This document shows, in pieces, positions 26,372-34,100 of a DNA stretch of 64,000 nt (positions are counted from its first letter, which is position 1; each line of letters begins with the position of its first letter). Under the pieces are notes generated by a model, which did no database searches, was not told the origin of the DNA, and worked only from the letters and a program-made list of their open reading frames with translations. A program made the translations under genes and the position numbers. This DNA comes from a virus: the IMG/VR virus record IMGVR_UViG_3300037541_000632, positions 1-64,000 of that record. The stretch is one strand, 5' to 3'.

Positions 26372-26830
26372 TTATGCTTCTATTTGTTCTGGTAAGTTAA
26401 GGATTTTCATGAAGGATTCATAAGCCATATGTCTGACTTTATCCTTCACACATGAGAAACCTTCACGCGCATCGATGTCATACTCCAATGCAGTGTACAG
26501 CAGAGGCAACATTTTGAGCATGTAATAAACACGGTTACTCATAACATAATTATCTCTGGACCTATCCATAAGACCTTTCTCTTCCAGAATATCTATAGTA
26601 TTTAATAATACTTCAGTCATTTGATGATTTGCCTCATCCAGGATTCCTCTCAATCCTTTATGACTTGCTTCAAACATTTTAGAATAAGCATCGCTCTTTT
26701 TACTTTCCTCTTTTGCCTGAGTACAAAGAGCATCAATAACTGAAGCAATATCCTGCTCAGTAATTTTAGAAACAGTAGCTACTGCTTCATTTAAGAATTC
26801 TTGTCTTGTTTTTGGGATTTCAGTTTCCAT
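26372..26830 (-). CDS. hypothetical protein
   Basis: ORF; likely start METE. Confidence 0.65.
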   Translation of the reverse strand: METEIPKTRQEFLNEAVATVSKITEQDIASVIDALCTQAKEESKKSDAYSKMFEASHKGLRGILDEANHQMTEVLLNTIDILEEKGLMDRSRDNYVMSNRVYYMLKMLPLLYTALEYDIDAREGFSCVKDKVRHMAYESFMKILNLPEQIEA

Positions 26831-26834
26831 GCTG

Positions 26835-27056
26835 TTATTGGTATGCGCTACCGGGCTGTCCTGGTTCATTGCTGTTTGTGCAGGCGAGGCTGTGGTCAGT
26901 AACATGCGGGCAGCGTTTATTACCGCATGTGCTACACACTACCATCCACCACGCGTGTGGATTACATTTTCTACAACTACAATCCGGATTTGGTATTACC
27001 TTATCCGGATTGAGCTTGTAATAAAAAGGATCGCTTTCTTTTAGCTGTTCACTCAT
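26835..27056 (-). CDS. small zinc-finger-like protein
   Basis: CSCRKC...CSTCGNKRCPH...CTNSNEPGQ.GS motif. Confidence 0.7.
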   Translation of the reverse strand: MSEQLKESDPFYYKLNPDKVIPNPDCSCRKCNPHAWWMVVCSTCGNKRCPHVTDHSLACTNSNEPGQPGSAYQ

Positions 27057-27297
27057 CTATTTCAGATATTGTATATTGATCTGCAGCCCAACAAATATAA
27101 GGAGCGCGTCCCGTATGTCTGAAGGCAGTTAAATCATCAGCATCATCAGCATTCCATTCCTTAACATCTTTAGTGACGTTAGTAATAGAATTAGTGAAAC
27201 GGACAATCTTACCTCTAGCTAAAATGTCTTCAATAAGCTGCCGCCTGCTTTTTAGGTCAGGCGACAGATCCCGTTCTGGAACAAGTCTTGCGCTCAT
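27049..27297 (-). CDS. hypothetical protein
   Basis: Tiling ORF. Confidence 0.55.
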   Translation of the reverse strand: MSARLVPERDLSPDLKSRRQLIEDILARGKIVRFTNSITNVTKDVKEWNADDADDLTAFRHTGRAPYICWAADQYTISEIDE

Positions 27298-27719
27298 TAT
27301 ACTAAATATTTATCTTTAAATTCGGTTACTTCATCTTTCAGCTTATGCCAGTAAGTGGTTGACTCAACCATCCAGCATTGCTCATCAGGAAATGTAGCTA
27401 GCTGTTGAGCCGCATGATGCAAAGAAAAAAGACATGCACAAAGCGCAAGGTTCTTAGCAGCATCCCGCAGTGTTTTAAACTTAATGTCCATACCTAAACT
27501 TATGTCTTCTGGGATAGCGGGTATATTGACATGAATCGAGTATGTAGACTCACAAAATTCAATACTACAACTAATTCCTCTTTTGATAGTAATTCTATAC
27601 TCATCATCTCTGCCCAGACCATTTAAAGTTCTGGCAAATATGACAGTGGCTTTTTGTAAAAACTCTTCGTCACTCAAACTTGAATTATCTTCAATTATTT
27701 TATCTTTCATATTCTTCAT
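27297..27719 (-). CDS. hypothetical protein
   Basis: Tiling ORF; likely start MKNM. Confidence 0.6.
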   Translation of the reverse strand: MKNMKDKIIEDNSSLSDEEFLQKATVIFARTLNGLGRDDEYRITIKRGISCSIEFCESTYSIHVNIPAIPEDISLGMDIKFKTLRDAAKNLALCACLFSLHHAAQQLATFPDEQCWMVESTTYWHKLKDEVTEFKDKYLV

Positions 27720-28197
27720 GCTTAACTGATACAATATATTTTCTACCAAGACAATTGTGTATAATGTATTTGCTTTTATTAATTGTAGTCCCGTTTATAA
27801 GAGATATACCTGTTGAGTCAGGTAATTCTACTCTTTCATATAACACATAATCAAGCTTCCTTCCATTCCAGGCAGATTTATAGGGTCTTTTACCCCACAC
27901 TAAATCAGCCCGTTTGCAGTATCTACAAGTTACCAAAGCTGAGTTAGCGCTGCATTTGTTTAGAGCAGATTTTACTCGTGCATTCCAAGAACGTATATAA
28001 TTATTTAAAGACGCTCTTCTTTTTGTGATGCTCTCGTCTATCACTGGATGCCCATAAGATATAGGATGAATGTATTGACCATTACAACCGCACGTTTTAT
28101 AAAAAGTAGATGGAAATTCGTCGGAAGGCCAAGGTGAAAATGTAGGCAATTTATTACAACGCCAACACGGTAAAATTTCTAATTCTTTAGGTTTCAT
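27700..28197 (-). CDS. zinc-ribbon protein (Lar-like N-terminus)
   Basis: LPCWRC...WNAR and a second CRYC. Confidence 0.55.
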   Translation of the reverse strand: MKPKELEILPCWRCNKLPTFSPWPSDEFPSTFYKTCGCNGQYIHPISYGHPVIDESITKRRASLNNYIRSWNARVKSALNKCSANSALVTCRYCKRADLVWGKRPYKSAWNGRKLDYVLYERVELPDSTGISLINGTTINKSKYIIHNCLGRKYIVSVKHEEYER

Positions 28198-28200
28198 AAA

Positions 28201-28482
28201 TTAATCTTTTATTTTATCTAAAAGATACTCAGCCAGTTCTTTAGCTTTATCTTTATCTATAATTACTTGATCACCATATGGGCTGTCTTTTGTGAGGATA
28301 CGCCATATCCAGCGAAGCTTAGTTTTCCAGCTGGGTTTACTGCTAGCCTGAAGAGTCCATATAGAAACATCAAAATGCTCGAATTCATGATAATAGTCCA
28401 AGCGAATAAATTCACTGTGACAATCACACTTAATAAACTTCTCGTTAGATTTTATAGGAGGGTCCTGAGTCATAATTACCAA
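28201..28482 (-). CDS. hypothetical protein
   Basis: KCDCHSE motif; start uncertain. Confidence 0.6.
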   Translation of the reverse strand: MVIMTQDPPIKSNEKFIKCDCHSEFIRLDYYHEFEHFDVSIWTLQASSKPSWKTKLRWIWRILTKDSPYGDQVIIDKDKAKELAEYLLDKIKD

Positions 28483-28847
28483 CGTTGAGGGTTATATTGG
28501 TTAGCGTATCTCTGCTTATTAATAGCTTTGAATTTTTCAGGAGATACTCCTGAAGCAACACAAGCCGTAAGTAATGGCAGTCCTTTATTATAAATTTCCA
28601 AAGCTCTATTGATCTGCTGGTCTGTAGGATGTTTACTAAACAACCGGGAATAGGCTTTGCAAGTATCTAAATCGCAAGCAACTGCTGCGTCATGTATACT
28701 TAATCCTTTAATTAGGATAAGGTTCGAGAGAATATTTTTCTCAGCTACGGCCTGCGAAAAACAATCTGTTTTAGGTTTCTTTGCATAAATAACTCTTTTT
28801 CTTTTACTTCTAACTCTTGTCTTTGGTTTTGTAGTTGTCTCAGTCAT
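28476..28847 (-). CDS. putative HTH DNA-binding protein
   Basis: Basic N-terminus and two G.S...A....G-like HTH segments. Confidence 0.5.
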   Translation of the reverse strand: MTETTTKPKTRVRSKRKRVIYAKKPKTDCFSQAVAEKNILSNLILIKGLSIHDAAVACDLDTCKAYSRLFSKHPTDQQINRALEIYNKGLPLLTACVASGVSPEKFKAINKQRYANQYNPQRW

Positions 28848-28874
28848 GATTTGTTTTGTTTTGAATTTGTTTTA

Positions 28875-29018
28875 TTAACCGAACGGATTAAAATTTCTAG
28901 CCCAGTAAAGCAGAGCCAGAAATACAATTACAGCTACGGAGAATACTCCGCTAAAATAACCACCCCAAAAGGTTCCATTAAGGAGCCAGTCCGGGATCTC
29001 GAGTGTTAATGCTAACAT
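28875..29018 (-). CDS. small membrane protein (47 aa, not in ORF track)
   Basis: MLALTLEIPDWLLNGTFWGGYFSGVFSVAVIVFLALLYW... Confidence 0.5.
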   Translation of the reverse strand: MLALTLEIPDWLLNGTFWGGYFSGVFSVAVIVFLALLYWARNFNPFG

Positions 29019-29019
29019 A

Positions 29020-29457
29020 TTAGTGTTTTAATAGTTCAGGGTTCTCAAAGATATTGCCAATGATTTCTGCTTCTCCAAGCCACAATGCATGTTCTCCGTG
29101 TGTAAATGCCGCATACTCTTCTGAGTACGAGATTGCTTCAGTGACTTCTTGATCCACATATTTGCAGGTAAGAATGTCACCTTCATAAATGTCATTACCG
29201 TTTTTATCTTTTAGTCCAGTGTATTGCTGGATGACGTATCTTGGTTCTTTGACGAATTTTGTTCCTTCAAGATAATAATCAGCAGCAGGAGAAGCAGTAA
29301 AAGATTCTTCATGATCACCATTAAATGTTCCAACATAATCAACAAGGTTGCCTGTGAATGGGCAAATTGTCCAATTGCTGTAGCAATGAAGACTGCTGCT
29401 GTTTTCTATCCAATTTTTATATTGTTTATCCCAAATGCGGAATTTTAGTTCTCTCAT
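29020..29457 (-). CDS. YopX family protein
   Basis: MRELKFRIWDK, QYTGLKDKNG.DIYEGDI and IIGNIFENPELL motifs. Confidence 0.9.
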   Translation of the reverse strand: MRELKFRIWDKQYKNWIENSSSLHCYSNWTICPFTGNLVDYVGTFNGDHEESFTASPAADYYLEGTKFVKEPRYVIQQYTGLKDKNGNDIYEGDILTCKYVDQEVTEAISYSEEYAAFTHGEHALWLGEAEIIGNIFENPELLKH

Positions 29458-29633
29458 TTATTTTGTGTAGTTAATACAAATATAACTTTATTAGTTACAG
29501 GGTTGATAGCCCATTCATGACTTAATACTTTCTTACCTTTGATTTTAAAACCTTTGACGTAGTAATCAATGACTTTAGCTAAATCTACTGCTACAGTCAT
29601 TTCATCGTATTCTTTATCTGGAGGATCGAACAT
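29454..29633 (-). CDS. hypothetical protein (59 aa, not in ORF track)
   Basis: Fills a gap; ATGA overlap with the YopX gene. Confidence 0.45.
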   Translation of the reverse strand: MFDPPDKEYDEMTVAVDLAKVIDYYVKGFKIKGKKVLSHEWAINPVTNKVIFVLTTQNK

Positions 29634-29674
29634 AGGTTTTTATTTCAATGATGAAGGACTCTAGGTCGTTAGTG

Positions 29675-30022
29675 TCACTCATATAGTTTCAGTTGATGTA
29701 GTTTTATTTCTTTTTCAACAAGCTTGTAAGTAGGTAAATCCTCAAGGATAGGGTACCCATCATTATCTTCACCTGCCTCCTCCTGATCGTGTTGTCTGCT
29801 GTTAAAATAAAAACTACCAAACCCATACTTAATAGTTTGGTTATCCTCCTTGTGGAGCAAAGCCCAAGTATAAGGGCCATTGTATATTATAATACTATCA
29901 CGCTCTAAGCGCACTCTGCTAATCTCAAAACAGTAACCTTCATATTGAAGTACTGTGGCAGTAAATAGGAATGTAATGAATTCATCCCATCCTATTTCTT
30001 TCTCAATCATTTTATGACTCAT
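29675..30022 (-). CDS. hypothetical protein
   Basis: Likely start MSHK, 1 nt after the upstream stop. Confidence 0.6.
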   Translation of the reverse strand: MSHKMIEKEIGWDEFITFLFTATVLQYEGYCFEISRVRLERDSIIIYNGPYTWALLHKEDNQTIKYGFGSFYFNSRQHDQEEAGEDNDGYPILEDLPTYKLVEKEIKLHQLKLYE

Positions 30023-30502
30023 GTCAGTATGGTATTTTTTTAAGCCATGCGCGGGCAGCTTCTTGTGCTGCGATCCACTTTTGCCGTGCATCCATCATTA
30101 CTTTATGTGTACAGTAAGCGTCCATTTCTTCGCGCGCAGTTTCCTCGTCGCCCCATTCTCGCTCAACTTCTCGGCGTATAGCCATGAGATCATGCGGGTA
30201 TGGATTTGCTAATAAATCAGCCACGATTTTAGCAGCTGACACTTCAACTACGGCAGGAGTATCCTCCTCTGGATCATCAACTGATCTATGGTAGCTACCC
30301 CAAAGAAAGATGGGTAGAAAAATAAGTGAACTAACCAACAAACCATGCCAGCCAGTAGCTGCAGTAAAAGCTATCATAAAAATAATAATTATACCAAGTC
30401 CCGGGTGAGTTCCGAATGTAGGTAAGTCGCAGAATGAACCTCTATACAAATGATAGAATAAGGTTTTTATTTTTTGAATCATGTCAGTATGGTATTTTTT
30501 TA
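30019..30502. repeat. 24-nt direct repeat at two gene junctions (30019-30042, 30479-30502)
   Basis: TCATGTCAGTATGGTATTTTTTTA occurs twice. Confidence 0.85.
30024..30482 (-). CDS. membrane protein
   Basis: Two hydrophobic segments near the N-terminus. Confidence 0.65.
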   Translation of the reverse strand: MIQKIKTLFYHLYRGSFCDLPTFGTHPGLGIIIIFMIAFTAATGWHGLLVSSLIFLPIFLWGSYHRSVDDPEEDTPAVVEVSAAKIVADLLANPYPHDLMAIRREVEREWGDEETAREEMDAYCTHKVMMDARQKWIAAQEAARAWLKKIPY

Positions 30503-30936
30503 GCTCTCAGCCAGCATATAGCTCTGGCAATTGCAGTATTGGAACATTTGTTCACACCCTGTAATGGAAGGAAGTGATCATACTCTTTCATCTCATCAGA
30601 GGTTAAAGTCTGCTCCGCATCATTCATGGCATTTAAGTTACCAGAGAAATTGGGAGGCCTGGCAGTTATCTTGCCTGAAGGACTAAACCAATGACTGCAT
30701 GGAATGTAATTAGCTTTCACCTCAGCAACTTCCTGCGTTGGTGTTTCATCAATATCCAATTTGATATACGCCACATTAGCAGGAGCATCCTTTATTACCT
30801 TTCGGACATAATTATTAAATCTGGTGTCCATGAGCCTAAGTCCTTTGACCCATGGATCCCCAAATTGCCAGGGTCTATACCCCATGGTTCTAGCTATCGC
30901 TTCATTAATCTTTCTGTTGTAGTAATCAACGTGCAT
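30484..30936 (-). CDS. phage ABA-sandwich-like protein
   Basis: INEAIA..MG...PNFSGNLNAM..AE pattern. Confidence 0.55.
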   Translation of the reverse strand: MHVDYYNRKINEAIARTMGYRPWQFGDPWVKGLRLMDTRFNNYVRKVIKDAPANVAYIKLDIDETPTQEVAEVKANYIPCSHWFSPSGKITARPPNFSGNLNAMNDAEQTLTSDEMKEYDHFLPLQGVNKCSNTAIARAICWLRAKKIPY

Positions 30937-31132
30937 AAAGCCGGGGAAGGGAATCACCTTCTAGTGATATTGTTAAACGCCACAAGTTAATAAAATAATA
31001 TGTTTTACAGTCATAGTCTATACTCCCTAAACTAAATGTGCCTTTTTTGTGTAGACACCAATCTATATGGAATTGAGTCGTAACTAATATTACCCTGTTT
31101 AAACAAGATAATATAAATTTAATCCTTTTCAT
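30926..31132 (-). CDS. hypothetical protein
   Basis: Tiling ORF. Confidence 0.45.
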   Translation of the reverse strand: MKRIKFILSCLNRVILVTTQFHIDWCLHKKGTFSLGSIDYDCKTYYFINLWRLTISLEGDSLPRLYAR

Positions 31133-31427
31133 ATTTATTTACTTTATCTACCATGCGCGCGTGCATGGCTTCAGCGTCTTTCCATCCACCAGAGCAGCGA
31201 TCTTGCTCATGATGAAGTTCTCCTCCAAAGACCATGGTCTCCCAAAGAACAGGAGGCCCATCACCAAAGCTATGGTCCAGTCCAAGGAATACTGTGGAGA
31301 CTTCCACACCATCAATCTTGTCAAAGGCAACACGACGCTTACTGATCGCAGCCATCCATGTTCCCCATTTAAGTAAATCAGGTTCTACTACGGGATTTTT
31401 GTTTTCGTCTAGAATGTATTTATTCAT
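31119..31427 (-). CDS. conserved phage hypothetical protein
   Basis: VSTVFLGLDH.F...PP.LWETMVFGG motif. Confidence 0.75.
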   Translation of the reverse strand: MNKYILDENKNPVVEPDLLKWGTWMAAISKRRVAFDKIDGVEVSTVFLGLDHSFGDGPPVLWETMVFGGELHHEQDRCSGGWKDAEAMHARMVDKVNKYEKD

Positions 31428-31671
31428 AATTATTTACTTTGGTTTTAAGCTTATTGTTAATAATGCTCTTCACCGATTTGTAGGCAGAATTATCAACAGA
31501 ATCCCAAACAGAATCCCAAACAGAGTCTTTAATAGAATCCCAAACAGAATTATAAACAGAATGACGAACAGAATCCCAAACAGAATACAAAACAGAATTA
31601 CGAAAAGAATCCAGAACAGAATTCCAAACAGAATTATCAACAGAGTCACGAACAGAATCTTCAAATGTCAT
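31420..31671 (-). CDS. SVxx-repeat protein (array 2 unit 8)
   Basis: MTFE...; divergent C-terminus. Confidence 0.7.
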   Translation of the reverse strand: MTFEDSVRDSVDNSVWNSVLDSFRNSVLYSVWDSVRHSVYNSVWDSIKDSVWDSVWDSVDNSAYKSVKSIINNKLKTKVNNYE

Positions 31672-31867
31672 ATGCTTTTATTAGTGTGTTAATTGAATTA
31701 TCAACAGAGTAACAAACGGGCTTACAAACAGGCTTACAAACAGAGTTAAGAACAGAAGACCAAACAGAATTATAAACAGAATCACGAACAGAATACAAAG
31801 CAGAAGACCAAACAGAATTATAAACAGAATCACGAACAAAATCCCGAACAGAATCTTCAAGTGTCAT
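31661..31867 (-). CDS. SVxx-repeat protein (array 2 unit 7)
   Basis: MTLE...KAYDI. Confidence 0.7.
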   Translation of the reverse strand: MTLEDSVRDFVRDSVYNSVWSSALYSVRDSVYNSVWSSVLNSVCKPVCKPVCYSVDNSINTLIKAYDI

Positions 31868-32087
31868 ATGCTTTTATTAGGTTGGTAATTGAATTATAAA
31901 CAGAATCTTCAACAGAATCATAAATAGAATTCCAAACAGAATTACGAACAGAATCCCAAACAGAAATATCAACAGAATAATAAACAGAATAATAAACAGA
32001 ATTATAAACAGAATCCCAAACAGAATTATAAACAGAATCACGAACAGAATCCCAAACAGAATCCCGAACAGAATCTTCAAGTGTCAT
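31857..32087 (-). CDS. SVxx-repeat protein (array 2 unit 6)
   Basis: MTLE...KAYDT. Confidence 0.7.
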   Translation of the reverse strand: MTLEDSVRDSVWDSVRDSVYNSVWDSVYNSVYYSVYYSVDISVWDSVRNSVWNSIYDSVEDSVYNSITNLIKAYDT

Positions 32088-32271
32088 ATGCTTTTATTAG
32101 GTTGGTAATTGAATTATAAACAGAATCCCAAACAGAATCCCGAACAGAATTATAAACAGAATGACGAACAGAATCCCAAACAGAATCCCGAACAGAATTA
32201 TCAACAGAATCCCAAACAGAATTATAAACAGAATAACAAACAGAATACAAAGCAGAATGCTCAAGTGTCAT
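32077..32271 (-). CDS. SVxx-repeat protein (array 2 unit 5)
   Basis: MTLE...KAYDT. Confidence 0.7.
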   Translation of the reverse strand: MTLEHSALYSVCYSVYNSVWDSVDNSVRDSVWDSVRHSVYNSVRDSVWDSVYNSITNLIKAYDT

Positions 32272-32467
32272 ATGATTTCATTAGATCTTTGATTGAATTA
32301 TATACAGAATCCCAAACAGAATTATCAACAGAATCCCAAACAGAATGACGAACAGAATCCCAAACAGAATCCCGAACAGAATTATCAACAGAATCCCAAA
32401 CAGAATTATAAACAGAAGTACAAAAAGAGGCACGAACAAAATAATAAACAGATTCTTCAAGTGTCAT
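32261..32467 (-). CDS. SVxx-repeat protein (array 2 unit 4)
   Basis: MTLE...KSYDT. Confidence 0.7.
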   Translation of the reverse strand: MTLEESVYYFVRASFCTSVYNSVWDSVDNSVRDSVWDSVRHSVWDSVDNSVWDSVYNSIKDLMKSYDT

Positions 32468-32567
32468 ATGCTTTTATTAGATTGGTGATTGAGTTATAAA
32501 CAGAATCTTCAACAGAGTCCCAAACAGAATTATTAACAGAAATACGAACAGAATCTTCAAGTGTCAT
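32457..32567 (-). CDS. SVxx-repeat protein (array 2 unit 3, 36 aa, not in ORF track)
   Basis: MTLEDSVRISVNNSVWDSVEDSVYNSITNLIKAYDT. Confidence 0.7.
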   Translation of the reverse strand: MTLEDSVRISVNNSVWDSVEDSVYNSITNLIKAYDT

Positions 32568-32763
32568 ATGCTTTTATTAGGTTATACACAGAATTATAAA
32601 CAGAATTATAAACAGAAACACGAACAGAATTACCAACAGAACGCCAAACAGAAATATTAACAGAATTACTAACAGAATCCCAAACAGAATTATCAACAGA
32701 ATTCCGAACAGAATTACGAACAGAATCCCAAACAGAATTCCAAACATATTCTTCAAGTTTCAT
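32557..32763 (-). CDS. SVxx-repeat protein (array 2 unit 2)
   Basis: MKLE...KAYDT. Confidence 0.7.
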   Translation of the reverse strand: MKLEEYVWNSVWDSVRNSVRNSVDNSVWDSVSNSVNISVWRSVGNSVRVSVYNSVYNSVYNLIKAYDT

Positions 32764-32971
32764 AGGATTTTATTAGATTGGTGATTGAATTATATACAGA
32801 ATTATAAACAGAAACACGAACAGAATTACCAACAGAACGCCAAACAGAAATATTAACAGAATAATAAACAGAACTTTGAACAGGATTACTAACAGAATCA
32901 TTAACAGAATCAAGAACAGAATTACAAACAGAATTAAGAACAGGATCCCAAACAGAAGCTTTAAGTGTCAT
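32753..32971 (-). CDS. SVxx-repeat protein (array 2 unit 1)
   Basis: MTLK...KSYET; start moved to the conserved ATGACACTTAA. Confidence 0.7.
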   Translation of the reverse strand: MTLKASVWDPVLNSVCNSVLDSVNDSVSNPVQSSVYYSVNISVWRSVGNSVRVSVYNSVYNSITNLIKSYET

Positions 32972-32988
32972 ATGATTGTGCAAAGCTA

Positions 32989-33621
32989 TCAATAATACCG
33001 GGTGTGTTGGCCGATGCGTACACCTGCTTTTTTAAATATATTTTTAGTGTTTTTCATGTCAGTAAAGTAGTCAAGTGGTTGCAGTACAGTAGGTAATTGT
33101 TGTTCAAGTATAGTGTCACACACGCCTGTAAAACCATTATTCCAGTCTCGCCTAATACGGGTCCAAGAATAGAATAATAGATTGTTATTAGCGCAACGAG
33201 ATATAGCCGCAATATCCAATGGTAGGTTATGCGTCAAAGCCATACTCAATGCCATAGTTTCGGCATCATGCTCAAGCGCCAGTGTGTTTCTAAACGCTAA
33301 TTCTATCTCTGGTTTAGAAAGAACAATAGATCTGTTCAACCAGTTAATATATTTATACGTACCTTCCTTATGCAAATAATGCCATAATTCAGTCTTATCT
33401 CTGTGCTGAATGAAATGGGCATACTCGTGCAAAAATGTATATACACTAAATGATCCCTGTCCCATAGCCACAGTCAGTGAATTACGCGCAGCATCAAATG
33501 TCCCAGAGTATTTATTATTAATTACTCTCTTATTAGTTAAATGAACACTGATTCCATGTTGAATCAGTTCTTGTACTTTGGAGCCTATGAATTCGAGGCA
33601 CCTAGAGGGAATGGTATCCAT
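32989..33621 (-). CDS. HExxH zinc metallopeptidase-like protein
   Basis: FLHEYAH...LEHDAE. Confidence 0.65.
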   Translation of the reverse strand: MDTIPSRCLEFIGSKVQELIQHGISVHLTNKRVINNKYSGTFDAARNSLTVAMGQGSFSVYTFLHEYAHFIQHRDKTELWHYLHKEGTYKYINWLNRSIVLSKPEIELAFRNTLALEHDAETMALSMALTHNLPLDIAAISRCANNNLLFYSWTRIRRDWNNGFTGVCDTILEQQLPTVLQPLDYFTDMKNTKNIFKKAGVRIGQHTRYY

Positions 33622-34100
33622 CTTTCTAAAATAGCGGAAAAGCTATCGAACATATATTCAATTTCCCGATTACCATCAATACTTGCCCATGGAGCAGGTA
33701 AAGCATCGACAGCGCCAACCAATTTAGTTTGGTCTGCATATGTATGAGGCTTGCGCTCCTTACATACACTTAACGAAGTGTTTACATAAACAAATTTAGT
33801 GTCAGGCAATAACTGCAGTACTTCATTCCTTTGCTCTTGGAATGGCGCACAAGCAGCAACTATTACAGCAATACCCAAGTCCTTGTAAGTCTTAGCCAGC
33901 CGGGTAATGCGACGAGTATTTTCTAATCTCGCATCTTTAGACAATCCAATCTCAGGCCAGTAATTATTTCTTAATTCATCCGCATCCAGCACTATGAATG
34001 TAATATGCCATGGCGCAATTAACTGCTGTGCATATCTGGTAATTGTAGTTTTGCCACTTCCAGATAATCCGTACAACCAAAGCACTGAATGCATATGCAT
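33585..34100 (-). CDS. cysC: adenylylsulfate kinase
   Basis: WLYGLSGSGKTT, LDADELR, GLSKDAR.EN..R and VYVNTSL.VC.ER motifs. Confidence 0.85.
   Translation of the reverse strand: MHMHSVLWLYGLSGSGKTTITRYAQQLIAPWHITFIVLDADELRNNYWPEIGLSKDARLENTRRITRLAKTYKDLGIAVIVAACAPFQEQRNEVLQLLPDTKFVYVNTSLSVCKERKPHTYADQTKLVGAVDALPAPWASIDGNREIEYMFDSFSAILERWIPFPLGASNS

Larger units (their letters stand above)
31420..32971 (-). repeat. SVxx micro-gene array 2 (8 units)
   Basis: Same 12-nt repeat and junction as array 1. Confidence 0.95.

Noticed and set aside
22257-32499. Alternative-frame ILFx ORFs and + strand KQNP/EQNY ORFs inside the arrays
   Set aside because: Expected by-products of a stop-poor 12-nt repeat; they have non-ATG starts, occur in only some units and lack the conserved termini.
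21628-32971. CRISPR array interpretation of the two repeat regions
   Set aside because: The intervals between conserved junctions are themselves 12-nt repeats of 100-230 nt that keep open frames; there are no unique spacers and no cas genes.
21628-32971. Diversity-generating retroelement as the source of SVxx variation (A-free constant hexamer, many NNT codons)
   Set aside because: No reverse transcriptase or invariant template repeat in the window. Frequent TGG/CGG codons and unit-length changes fit slippage and recombination better. A genome-wide RT search would settle it.
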